A DNA stretch of 58,483 nt, filler included, from Piptocephalis cylindrospora (taxonomy: Eukaryota): NCBI GenBank assembly GCA_003614145.1. It is 5 parts of 5 records of this genome, joined end to end, with 100 filler letters (N's around TTAATTAATTAA, not from the genome) between each part and the next. Parts side by side here need not be neighbours in the genome. Positions count along the whole stretch, not along the records: positions 35,325 to 46,866 come from KZ987997.1; positions 46,967 to 58,483 come from KZ987998.1; 3 more parts are not named here. The stretch is one strand, 5' to 3'. The notes beneath the pieces were generated by a model. The model ran no database searches. It saw nothing but the letters and a program-made list of their open reading frames with translations, and was not told the DNA's origin. A program made the translations under genes and the position numbers. Position 1 is the first letter of the stretch, and each line of letters begins with the position of its first letter. This document shows, piece after piece, positions 37,965 to 49,374 of this stretch.

Positions 37965-40900
37965 CTAATCCTTGTTCAGTTGATCCTTCAGATACTGAAG
38001 GAACTGGGGAAAGCTCCAAACCTCACCCGCCCGGTCCTGGACGAGGTGGGAGAGGAACCACATGCGAAGAGCTGGGTCTCCATCCTCCTTGACAATGTGG
38101 ATGTCGGGGAGGACGAGGTCTCGGGATTGGATTCGGCGTAGAGACCGAAGGATAGCCCGAACCCGATGGTTGAACTCATGCTCCCCTTCGGGGAAGTTCC
38201 CATCAGGACACTCCAACTTGCCCCCAGGGAGGGCGGCGTAGGAGGGGACGTTGAAAAGGTCCTGGAGGAGACGGGGAGATACTTCCCTTCCCACCCAGAA
38301 CATGACGTGTTGTCCATCAGAAAGGAGGAAGCATCCGTGCCGTTCGAGCCTTTCACTAGACAGATTCATGCGGGGAGGCAGGACTACATGATCACCCGAG
38401 GCTCCCTCCTCCATGGGTTTCCCGCACTCGGGGCCCATGGTGTGAAGGGCGTAGAGTCGAGGGTGAAGGTACTCGAGCATGAGTTCGGCGGATTGGGAGG
38501 TCAGGAGGTTCTGGGCTTGGGCTCGGAGGTCAGACGGGACGGGGGAGGAGCCTAGACGGAGAGAAACGTGCTTGAGGATGGAAAGAATGTAGAGGGGCAG
38601 GAGGGCAATGGACCTTGGAGCCTGGAGCTGAGCGGTGGCACCGGAGGCGGTGGAGGTCAGTTGGGTCTTGAAGACCCGGAGGATCTGGGCCATCTTGGCT
38701 ACAAGGGCCTCACGGGCATCGTCGATCTTGGCACTAACCGATCTCTCCACACCCTTCTTGGCCAGGAGAGTGGCCATGGTCTGGGCATCGACGGATGCGT
38801 AGATTTGGGAAAGGGAAGAGGTGGTGGGGAGGGCCAGGGTGACCACTCGGATACGGCGTTCCCCATCACAGGATGTATGAAGGACCGCGGTTTGGAAGTA
38901 GGCCAGAGGTCCTGGTACATCCTCTTCCACCACAAACTCCACCCCGTACCCATGACCCGGGGTAACATTGGGCAGGGCCAGAAGATCCATGGACCGGAGG
39001 AAGAAGTGACCATGGAACGCAGTCATGCGGATACCCTTGGAAGCACGAATGCGCATGACAGCCTCCAGACCCGTCCTGGCCCCGAGGAATTGTCGAACTT
39101 CCTCAGTAACCTTGGCCCGGTCTCCGGCACGGGACCCGTTGAATCCAGGGTAAAAGCGATGATCTCCTCCGGTGTACCTAGGGAGGCAAGAGAGGGTGGC
39201 GACATCAGCGTAACCGGATGGGGCAAAGGTTAGGACGTCCAGGGCAATCTGGTGACGGGAGGCCTCGACGGCAAAGTTCTTGTAAAAAGCATCCTGGGGG
39301 CTAAGAAGGGAGGATTCTTTGCCGGAGGACCGTGCCTTGCCCTCATCCCGGGCCTTGAGGGCACCGGGGCCCACGGATGGAAGAGAGGCTTGGATGACGA
39401 TAATCTTTCCACCAATGGACTTGAGTAGTCGGTTGGCCGCATTCAGCGCTGGGCCCAGGGCGCTACCCACGACAGTGGTGTCCCGGAACATGCTGGGGAG
39501 CCTTTCAAGGAGACTCTCAATGCTCTTTCGGGATCCAGGTTGGTTCAGGGGGGTCAGGAGACGATCGGGACGGGGAAGGAAGACCTCATCAATGTCCGAA
39601 ACCACCAGCATCTCCACATCCCTCTCCTCCTCCTCCTCCTCACCCTCCCCACTGGCGGTTTGAGCCCCCGTGGGAAGGGCGTAGAAGTGAAGGGAAGTGT
39701 CGTAGGTGATGATCCCAAACCTGGCTCTGCCTCCTACATCCGGAATGGCGTCGAGGGAGGAGCGGATGGCCGCAGCCATGGTATCCAAAACCCCAGCCTG
39801 GACCGAGGGGAAGGACACATCCAAGAGGAAGAGGTAGACGGGGGGCTGAGGAGGCCTGACCATGTACTCAGACGGAGCAATAAACTCGACGACTGATTGG
39901 GTCAATTCGGCCCGTTCCCATCTCTGGATGGGTTGGTGCGTATGGGGATGGTAATCAAAGTATTGAGGACCTAATGGAGAGGAAGTGAGTCCTGTGAATT
40001 ATGCACTGGAGTAGATATTAAACTCCGAATCCCACTTACAATCGTTGAGGGCAAAGCACATGTTACACTTCCACCGACGCCCAGCCTCCACAAACTGGAC
40101 AAAGGGATTCACGTAGGTTCGGCACCGTCGACACCGGGCAATTTCCCCGACGGTTGGAACAGGCTCCTCCCCAGGGAGTTGGGACTTGTAGGGACAGACC
40201 AAGAGTCCTAGGGGAAGGCCGCTCTTTTTAGCTAGAGCCGGAGTGGCGGGGATAACGTTGACTGAGGCTCTCTTATAAGAGGGATCCGGCAGAGTTTTGG
40301 GGCCGAGTGGGGTGCAGGTAGCGCCATGCGGCAGGACAATAGGCTGGGGAGGTTCATCCAACATCCTCATATCGGGAGGGCCCCCGAGCACAACGGTAGG
40401 AACCTGCTGCTGGGTCTATCAAAAAAAAAAAAGAAGGGTGAGGGGAGGAGGAGGGAAAAGAGGAGGAAAGCGGTCCAGACGTACCTGTTCCATGCCCATC
40501 TGGCCGAATTGTTGAGTCATACCCGAGATATCGCCGGGTTGAGCGGCCCCATATTGCTGTTGGGGAATCTGGTGGCTGGGAGCCTGAGCACCCGGGGTAA
40601 AGGCGTCCCCTGGACCTGAGGGCATACCGTAACCAGGACCTGAGGGCCCCATGGGTCCAGGAGGGGGGGCCAGAGAAGGAGGGGGCAGAGTCGTAGGCTG
40701 TAGCAGCCTCCTGTGGGTAGAGTCTTCGGGACCTTCCACCATGGCTGCCCCCATGGGCCGATCCAGTGGGGGAGCCTGGGCTACGTGGAGGGGCCTGGAA
40801 GCCGCCGACGGGGGAGCGAGGCTGTCCCGGGTGAATGGGCGGGGGGGCGCCTCCCCTTGGCTGGAATTGCTCCTGAACTGGAGGGGGAGGAGAGTGCATC

Positions 40901-41217
40901 GCCTGTTGAGGAGGAAGGCCCTGCTGAGGAGGAAAGCCCTGCTGAGGAGGGAAGCCTTGCTGAGGAGGATGACCTTGCTGAGGGGGGAAGCCCTGCTGAG
41001 GAGGGAAACCCTGTTGAGGAGGGAAGCCTTGCTGAGGAGGATGACCTTGCTGAGGGGGGAAGCCCTGCTGGGGGGGTTGACCCTGCTGAGGAGGGAATCC
41101 AGGCTGAGGAGGCATGCCTTGCTGTGGATGAGGCATACCGTGCTGGCTGCCCTGGGATGGGGGAGGGGAGGAGGCGCCCATGTAAGGCGACCTGGGAGGA
41201 GGAGGGGGTCCTGACAT
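37965..41217 (-). CDS. SEC24: COPII cargo adaptor SEC24, with an apparent +1 homopolymer frameshift at 40663-40669
   Basis: Pro/Gln-rich N-terminus, zinc finger RCRRCRTYVNPF...WKCNMC, VEFIAPSEYMVRPPQPPVYLFLLDVS, EAVMRIRAS, GERRIRV, gelsolin-like C-terminus. Confidence 0.95.
40903..41112 (-). repeat. Coding 18-bp tandem repeat PPQQG(F/H/Q/L) in the SEC24 N-terminus
   Basis: About 11 consecutive hexapeptide units. Confidence 0.9.
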
Positions 41218-41694
41218 GAGGGAGGAGGGGGATGGGTGGGATGTAACGAGTAAGAAGAGATGTGGAGGAAAGGAAGAAAGGGAGGCACGAAAGGCAGAGG
41301 AGTGAGCGCGTCGTGGTGGGAAGGGAAGAAAAGGAGTTGAGTAGGCGCAGAGGGGGGCAAGTCGGAGTAGGAAACACCTGTTCAGCTGTGCATTGAGCCT
41401 GTGTCTGTCTGTGTGTGAAGGGATTTTGGTGGGTCTGCACCCACCGCACATATCCACATCTTTCATAGTGCAGCCGGGATAAGCCATAGTGAGAGTCAGT
41501 AGGTAGTCCTCTCCTCTCACATTCCCTCCCACTCCAAGGCTGGTCAGAGCAAAGTGCTATGTACTAATGTGAGGAGCACTGTTCCTCAGTAGGGCATGAC
41601 TTTAAAAGGCCCTCTCGAATCGGATAGCCAAGAGTGCCCAAGATTTGCACTCAAGCTCCTCCTAAAAACCATCTCTATCCACCTCTTTTCCAAC

Positions 41695-42372
41695 ATGCAC
41701 TTAATTCCCATCCTCCTTGCCCTCTTTCTCCTCCCCGGGACCTGGGCTAATACGGAAAAGGTCATTTTCCACGCCGGTAGCTCTTCCCATGACGTGCCCA
41801 TGTCGCATTATACGTCAAAGACCCCCCTGCCCACGCATCCGACCATATTGTAGGTATTTCTTTATCTTTATCTTTACCCCAAACGTCCTCTCATTTCCCT
41901 TGTCTCGTCCCTTAGAACGCTGGGAACGTCGGGACTGGTGAGCCTGCCCCCACAAGTACTCTCCACCTCACCTTACCAGGTCGTGGCAAGATGGTTCGCC
42001 ATCCGTGGCTTGGATCCCGAGGCCACCTACGAGGCCAGGGTTTCTTATCCAGCCTCCTCCCCCACTGACTTTACCCTCCATGCTCTTCCAGCGTCGGATA
42101 AAGATTCTTCGAACCATTGGCTGTACCTTGAGGCCATTCACACGGGAGTTCGACCCCCTGTTGGTATCATCCCATCCGACAATCATACCGCTTCGGTCCT
42201 CTTCACCCTTGCCGTGGAAAAGCTCATCCTTTATCATTCTATCCCCCGGATGGCCCTGAGCCTGACCATGACCCTGATCCCTTGTCTCCTCCTCACCTTC
42301 TTTTTTGCCATCCCAGCCCTGACTCGACTCTTGTCCCGGTGGGTCCCCTCCACGGCTTATCATCTCGAATGA
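41695..42372 (+). CDS. PGA1-like type I membrane protein (GPI mannosyltransferase II co-activator family)
   Basis: Signal peptide then ANTEKVIF; intron 41850-41915; GLDPEATYEARVSYPASSPTDFTL; C-terminal transmembrane helix. Confidence 0.65.
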
Positions 42373-42523
42373 TTATCCTCTTCTACCCCTATGTACACAC
42401 ATTTTCTGATCCGATCAATTTATTCTTCCTCTTCCCCCGTATTCCCTTCCTCTCTATGGTCCCCCACCCCGTAATAATGCATCAGCACACCCTGGGCACG
42501 TTATATACTTGTTGATCCCTACT

Positions 42524-44937
42524 CTAAGCCACCTTTAGACTCTTGGCAGCGGCCTTTCGACCCCATAGGGTCAGGCCAATGGCCCCAACAGTCAGGATTA
42601 GACCTACCATCAGTTCAAGGATTTGCATCCCCTTGGACGTGACAAGGAATAGCCGGAACACCACTGGGTCCCACAGAGACTCTACCCAGGTTGCCTTGGT
42701 CGGGTCTTCCACGGTGAAGACTCCCGTATTTGCATCCATCTTCAGGCCCATCCCATATGCATCATGTAATCTTGTCATTCCCCATAGACACTGCGACGCC
42801 ACACACTCTTGTCCCTCCCGGCAATCCGCCACGCTCTCACACGACCCTTCCCTCACCGTCGCTGTTAGATTGTACATGTAGGCATAGACGAAGCTTGTGG
42901 TCCAATCCATGGACCGGTGTTGGAAGATGGAGTAATGCGCGGTCTTTCCCACCGGCTCATTGGCTAATGAAAAAGGAGAGAGAGGGCGAATGGATAGAGA
43001 GAGTATATGAGTAAACGGGGGAAAAGATGTCCAGCAAGGCCCATTTCACCTACTCGGAGTAAATTGTCGGACCAACGGACAGGAAAAGTTATTAATCAGA
43101 CAATCCATCAATGTATCCACCTAGATAATGGATGGTCCTTGCATGAGTAGCGACCCTTTTCTCTTCCCTCTCACTTCATCCTCCTCACTTACCAGAGTAC
43201 AATTCACATTGAGAGAGCTGGGAATACCTGTCCCGTTCCCCCCACCAGTTTGAGCAAGGGACCAGGCCGCACGGGCGGTACTATTGGCAATGGAGCAGAC
43301 CGATTCCCAGGACATGGGAACGTACACATCGTCCAGGTCGGCTTGCCATATTGATCGGTCCCCAGGGTTCTCGTAGTCGGTAAGGACTGCATGTCGTATA
43401 TTGGGCCGGGTCCGAAGGATGCTCTGGGCACTAGAGGGGGGAAGGCCCTGAGATGAGCTGGGGATGTTGATGAGGGGACGAAGGCCAGAGGAATTGAGGG
43501 CTTGGGCCAGGGCGGTGTTGGGGGCCGAGGTAGTGTGAGTATGGGCATAGAAACGATTGCTTGTGTTCAAAGGCGGAGGCAGATTCATGTGACCGATGGG
43601 CCCCAGCTCCAGGATGGTGTTGAGGCTATCCGGGTTGATGTGCGTATAATCCAAGTCCCTTCGGCACGGGGAGGCACATGCGGCTTCTTTGTATGGGCAT
43701 CCAGGCGTATTTTTACTGAAAGGCACGTCACATGTAAAGGTTCCACCCGCCTCGACATCCGACCAGAACCGCTGAGACCCTGCGTAGCCCCAGCCCTCAC
43801 TGTGGAAGAAGGTGAAGAGAAGATGGCCGGTGGATGGAGCTGGAGCTCGGGAAAGCGCCTCAGCGATGGCCAGGAGGCCCACTACCCCGGAGATGGCCGC
43901 TTCCGCCCCGATGCTTTCATCATGGAAGAATGTCCGCTCATTCATCCCTGTGCTCATCATGATGATGGGGCGATTGTCTGTCCGGGAGATGGCCGACGAT
44001 GCCGTAGAATAGATTGAGTACCCACCCACTGGAGCGCACCAACCTAAGAGAGGGGATGGGAAATGACTGGTTAGGTATGAAGGGACAACTAAATGGGAAA
44101 AAGTCTCACCTCTCCGTAGACACGTAGGTGCATCGTACGCCGAATACATAAAGGCATCAAACTCCACCGAGTACATGGGGAAGGTTCGGTAGCCTCCCTT
44201 GGAGTTGGATTCGACCGCTCGCATCAGTGCAGAATAGGTTGAATCATGAGAGGGGGAGGTGGCAAATATGGGGATATCATAGGTACGGTAGATTAGCCCA
44301 TTACCATTGGGATTCCACTGAGTCTGCGTATTTTGCCCAGCATACATGCCGAATTCGCAATTAGGACAAGATACGTCAGGAGAGTAACTGGATGGACGAG
44401 TGGCATTGGAGAGGATCACAATAATCCCTGACACCTTTTTCGTCTTCATCAATCGATCTATTGTATCTCTGGGTAGGAGAGTAGATGGGGGCGGTAAGAT
44501 GGGAGATGGGAGATGGGGGATGGGGGATGGAGGAATGGATGAAACAAAGGAGAACCTACGGGACAAAGTACCGGATGGGAAGGAGGAGGGCATGATTTCC
44601 ACCCGAGGGAGGGTTGGCGATGAAGGCCTCCAGATCATTATCACTGGGAACACCGTACACGATGCCAGATACCCCATTCCTTGGAGATTGACATCCAATC
44701 GTTCCCGTGGCGTTGAGGAGACGGGCACAAGGAGAAGCATTTAGGGTAATATAAGTAGAGTTATAAAGAAGCTGGCCGTTGCTTGCTCCGGGGTTAGCAG
44801 CTATCATGGGGCAATGTGAGTAAGCATAGGGTAATGAAGAGCTCCTAGGCTTACGACCTACCATGCACGCCAGGTCCTAGCCATAATACGACAAGGGAGA
44901 AAAGTATGGCCCCCAGGTAAGAGGAAAGGATGGACAT
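42524..44937 (-). CDS. NCSTN: Nicastrin (gamma-secretase subunit)
   Basis: Signal peptide; PCARLLNATGTIGCQS; SPDVSCPN; WNPNGNGL; TCLRRGWCAPVGGYSI; FHSEGWGYAGSQRF (DYIGS equivalent); LPPSS; TWVESLW followed by a transmembrane helix; five introns. Confidence 0.92.
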
Positions 44938-45314
44938 GCCGTGTACTACAGGAAGAAGGGGAGAAATGGGATGGGCGGATGGGAGACAGGAGATGGAGCA
45001 AGGATGGGAGGGGTGGTGGTAAGGAACAAGGGTGAGAGAAATTGCGACAGGGATGAGTCTTGTGTTGGGTGGCAGGGATGGCAGTTTTTAAAGCTGCGAG
45101 CTCTGTGGTAGCCCTTTGCACAGTAAGGCCTTTGGCAGGTGCATAGAGAGAGTGTGTGAGGGAAGGGGGTAGGGAGGTGAATGATCATTGTGCTTATATG
45201 CGCCCTCATGGCCTACACATTTTCCATGGTATTTAGCCTAACACGGCTATCGGTTCAATGTACAGATCCTCCTTCCTCGCCCAACTAAACTGCATTGCCT
45301 CTATCCATCCAAAT

Positions 45315-46109
45315 TCATCCTTGCTTAGTGGACTTGGGGAGGAGGAGGAAGAGGAGGCCCTGGGGCTTAGGCTTCTTCTTCACCACCTCAGCCCCTTCCT
45401 CTCCCTCCATATCAGGTTTATCATCCACCACCCGACCTAGCGTGGCAATATCTTCCGTCTTCGCCAGCATAAATTTTAAGATCTCCTGGCTCCCCTGACG
45501 CACATCCTTGGCCGGCTCTCGCTTCCGACCCTGGATGTTCACGCGAACTCGGTAGCCCTTGCCAAGGAGCTCCCGGATTTTCCGAAGTTTGTGGCCCAGA
45601 TCATGTTCGCTCACCCCAGTTCGGAAGGACATATCCTTTTCTTGACCCCGGTGCGACGCCCGGGCTGCCCTGGTCGCCTTGGCCACTGCCCGTTTCTTAT
45701 CTGCTAATGCCTTCTTGGAGAACACCCTCACTACTGGCGGATCCTCCCGGTTATCGACCATGACAAGCTGGTGAGTTAGCTTATTCAGTCGTGCTAGTGC
45801 TGTTGCGGGTGTAGATAGCCCCTGGTCTACCCCGTCCTCCCCGATGACCCGGACGAGTGGAGCTGTGATTTCCTCATCCTTCGGTGGTCGAGTCACTGGG
45901 ACAGCGGAGGCTGCGGAGGATCCCCGCCCTTTCTGCTGTGGGGATAAGGTCGAGAAGGGCGCGGGGGCGGGGGTGGACCACCGTGCGGGACCACTATGGA
46001 CGACATCAAGTGCCCGGTGAGTTTGCTGCGATCGGCCGACACGGCCTTGGGGTCTTGCCAGTGACCTAGCAAAGACTCTGGATCCTCGAGTTAGGACGGA
46101 AGGAAGCAT
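45315..46109 (-). CDS. Mitochondrial translation initiation factor IF-3
   Basis: Arg-rich presequence; DEEITAPLVRVIGEDG, LVMV...PPVVRV, EHDLGHKLRKIRELLGKGYRVRV. Confidence 0.85.
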   Translation of the reverse strand: MLPSVLTRGSRVFARSLARPQGRVGRSQQTHRALDVVHSGPARWSTPAPAPFSTLSPQQKGRGSSAASAVPVTRPPKDEEITAPLVRVIGEDGVDQGLSTPATALARLNKLTHQLVMVDNREDPPVVRVFSKKALADKKRAVAKATRAARASHRGQEKDMSFRTGVSEHDLGHKLRKIRELLGKGYRVRVNIQGRKREPAKDVRQGSQEILKFMLAKTEDIATLGRVVDDKPDMEGEEGAEVVKKKPKPQGLLFLLLPKSTKQG

Positions 46110-46866
46110 GGAGGGTCTATGGACGTGCGTGTGTAACAGTCAATCGGAAGGATGAGGACAAGTCGTTGGTATGGATTGGTAAGAAGAGGGAGGTAGAGTG
46201 AGGCTGAATGGTGCGTCGGAGCCAGGAGAATGTCTGATAAAGTCCTCTTACCCACATGCAGCATGCTGGGGCTAATAGTGCCTTTGAGCCGCCCTATACG
46301 AGCTACTAGGGATGCGTTCTTTAGTGGGGTAGAAATGAGCTGTATTCGTCCATTTTAAGGTTAGCAATATCCGATGCCAGGGGCACCATGAGAAAATAAT
46401 AAAACCCATACATCTCAAGTATTTATATCCTAGACGATGGGGATGTATTGGTTTCATAATGCGTGGGATGCATTGTCATCCAAGAGGGATATGTGGAAAA
46501 AAGTCTAATTCCGCGCTCTGAGAAATCAAACACGTCTCCATCCTAACAAGCAATCGTTGTAAATAAAAAGCTTAGGGTGAATCCAAAGCATGTCCTGCCC
46601 CCTCCCGCCCTCCTGATCTTTTTTCCCCCAGCGACAAAGATGTAAATAACATGTAAAGCGTATGAATTCATAGATAATGGTCCCTGGAAACACTTTCCTT
46701 TTTCCACTCAGGCTCCTTCAGGTTTCCTCTCCTCTTCCCCTCATATGGATAGCAATAAGACACAAAAGACACGCCCCACCTGACCCCCCCCCGCCAATAA
46801 ACAATACGACGCACAATCTACTAGCATTAGAAGGAAAGAGGAAAGGACGATTATCCCCATCGGCAT

Positions 46867-46966
46867 NNNNNNNNNNNNNNNNNNNNNNNNNNNNNNNNNN
46901 NNNNNNNNNNTTAATTAATTAANNNNNNNNNNNNNNNNNNNNNNNNNNNNNNNNNNNNNNNNNNNN
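46867..46966. other. Artificial contig linker
   Basis: N44-TTAATTAATTAA-N44. Confidence 0.97.
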
Positions 46967-47056
46967 GTGAGACAGCGACCTGTGCAGCACACTCCTTGGG
47001 AAAAATGCGTCTTTGTGGGGGGAAAGGGGACGTGGGGGGTGGGAGTCCCCCTCTTC

Positions 47057-47088
<32 letters not shown>

Positions 47089-47111
47089 AGCTCTCTATTG
47101 AAAGGACATAC

Positions 47112-48140
47112 TCTTTCGGGTCGTCCAGGGCAAGGGACTCTAGCACCTTGACCATGGGTTGGATTTCATTGACCAAAGAGCGTAGACGAACATGCTGAGT
47201 GGTAAAGGATGACTGATGGGAAGCGAAGGGAGAATGAGTGATGGATAGTGGGGATCCATATTTGCCTCCGGGAACACCATATACCTTATCCTTTCCTGCC
47301 CGCCACTCTTCTTCGACCCCTGACCACTGTTGAAGAATATATCGCTGTATGGTGATGGCAGCCTTTCGTTGACACTGGTAAAAACGGCTCTTGTACCTGG
47401 GGGTGTCCAAATACTGAGGCTATATGAACAAGGGAAAGTTGGAAGGTAAGCCAACATGTCATCCATGCAAGCGCCCTCTTCAATCCTACATGGGCATTGA
47501 GAAAGGCAATGGCCTCTTGCACCCGATGGACCATGGGTAGGAAATCCGAATGGGTCACCATGGATGGATCAGGCTGGTCGAAAAGGGCACCAGCCTTTTC
47601 AGCCAGATCAAACCAAGAAATGGTCTCTTCCAATGCCTTGACCAACTCGGAGAGATGGGCCTATGGGTATTTGGGTAGGAGGATGAGTATATGCCTTGTG
47701 GGAGAATAAACGGTATATGGGCCCGACCCTACGCGTACACCTACCTCCTTTTCCATCCAAGGTTCACACGAAGACCTGACCCCACTGGTATGGGTTTCCA
47801 AGACCTGGTACGTGGCCTCTACTTGGGCCAAGGCCTGTTGCAAGACCGCAAGGTCTTGGGTCGTCTGGGCGCACAGGCCCCTTGCCTCTTCCATCTTTTC
47901 GCATTCGCGTCTATACCCATGAGGAGGGATGAGTGGTGTGGTGTGGTGTGGCGTGGTGGAGATGACCGCCAAGATGGGTGAGGGTGAAAAGACCAACCTA
48001 AAAGGCTGCCGAGACCATTGGTGTGCCTCGTCCTCCTCAATACGTAGCCATCGCATGAGTGCATCTGGGCCATCCTTGGTGGTGGCAGGGGCGTCCAATG
48101 TGTCTTTGGGACTGGGAACGGTCTGAGGAGATTCTGACAT
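47112..48140 (-). CDS. COG3: COG3/SEC34 exons 1-5 (N-terminal half)
   Basis: Exons 48140-47998, 47910-47745, 47660-47490, 47419-47285, 47212-47112. SDFLPMVHRVQEAIAFLNAH|PQYLDTPRYKSRFYQCQRKA is the Sec34 signature. Ends in phase 2 (GA|gtatgt). Confidence 0.85.
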
Positions 48141-48578
48141 GGGATGAGCGTTGTTGTTGCTTTCGGAGAAGGATGGTGATTACAAGGGATTCAGTCTGCT
48201 CAACACGACAGCAGCACTACCGCCGATACTTGGACGGATGACCGTCCTTTTATACCGATCCCGACCGCGCCACCAGCTTGTATGTTCCACACTAGCCAGT
48301 GTGAGCCAGGCCATTTCACACACACTCAAGGACAGGGCTACACAGTAAGAAGGGGCAAAAAGATCTCGACTCCTGCTGTACTTGGGAGAGGAGGAGTAGA
48401 GTGTACAAACCCCACATCCTCTTCAGGGTTTTCAAACGCCGCCCGTGTGTCCCAGGCACTATGGAGGCCCACTGATCACCTCTACAAGGCTCATGCCACT
48501 CCCTCCTCCCAGTGTACAAAATAAAAGGCCTCGGCGAGCTGTGAGCATCTCGCCTCCTCTTTTCCCCTTTCCTCCCAG

Positions 48579-49241
48579 ATATGGCGAATTTCTCCAAGAG
48601 TGTGTTCGACAGTATGCTCGTCTTCGACAGCGATTAGGTATCCCCTTGATCAACTCTCATCTTTCCACGCTTCCTCAATCAAGTATCGTTGCTTTTGTAC
48701 GTTGTTCTTGCCTCTGCATCCCAACGTTATATTCATTTCACTTCACCTCACCCATCCAATCTTTACCCTCACAGTGCCAGCAAGTCGCTGCTTACCTAGC
48801 CTCTCTGTGCTTGGAAGAAAGGAGAATATATGGTCTGTTCTTCTTCAAGGATCATAGCAATATTCTTAGGTAGGTCGGTGCTCTAGCATCTCCCCATCTC
48901 CTTCCGAACAGTAATAGTAATCATGGTACTCATACCAACGCCACCCTTTTTCTCTTCGCTTCAGCGATGAAATCCTCGTACCTTTTCTACAGCCCCTGGC
49001 CTATGCTCTAGAACCCCATCTTTCCCCACTCTCCCCATCCTCCTCCATCTTCCAACAATGCCTATCGGCCATCCGTGCCTCCCTTTCCGAGGAACCTGCT
49101 GCATCCATCGCCCTTGGGGATCAGGTAACCTCTTCTGACCAACACCACCCTTCCCCAGTCCAGGAAAGGACAGTGGGGGAGGCGGAAGTGACAGAGGAGC
49201 AGGTCAAATCCGAGATAGAGGCTGGATGCTCCATTCAATAA
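48579..49241 (+). CDS. COG3: COG3/SEC34 exons 6-8 (C-terminal half) on the opposite strand
   Basis: Exons 48579-48696, 48775-48869, 48965-49241. (E)YGEFLQECVRQYARLRQRL...AYLASLCLEERRIYGLFF matches the COG3 EYxxLLxEC...Y...R..L / C.dE..l...FF region; begins in phase 2 after a polypyrimidine tract and CAG. Confidence 0.78.
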
Positions 49242-49374
49242 AGGCTCCAGGGTCATGCACTGGCCGAGCCTCTCTCTCTCTTTTTGTATATGTCTTGGTC
49301 ATTTTATTGGAGCAGTCTTCACGCATCATCCGTTCATCCACCATACAACCCCAACCATCATGACCATGGTATCT

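Noticed and set aside
46967..47111. Readthrough of COG3 exon 5 into a poly-Pro tail, and base-pairing with 48300-48578 to guide trans-splicing
   Set aside because: A canonical GTATGT donor is present and the poly-Pro is just a G homopolymer; only scattered 5-7 nt matches exist between the halves.
47089..48540. A flipped complete AluI restriction fragment as the cause of the COG3 inversion
   Set aside because: An internal AGCT at 48275-48278 argues against a complete digest; partial digestion is not excluded.
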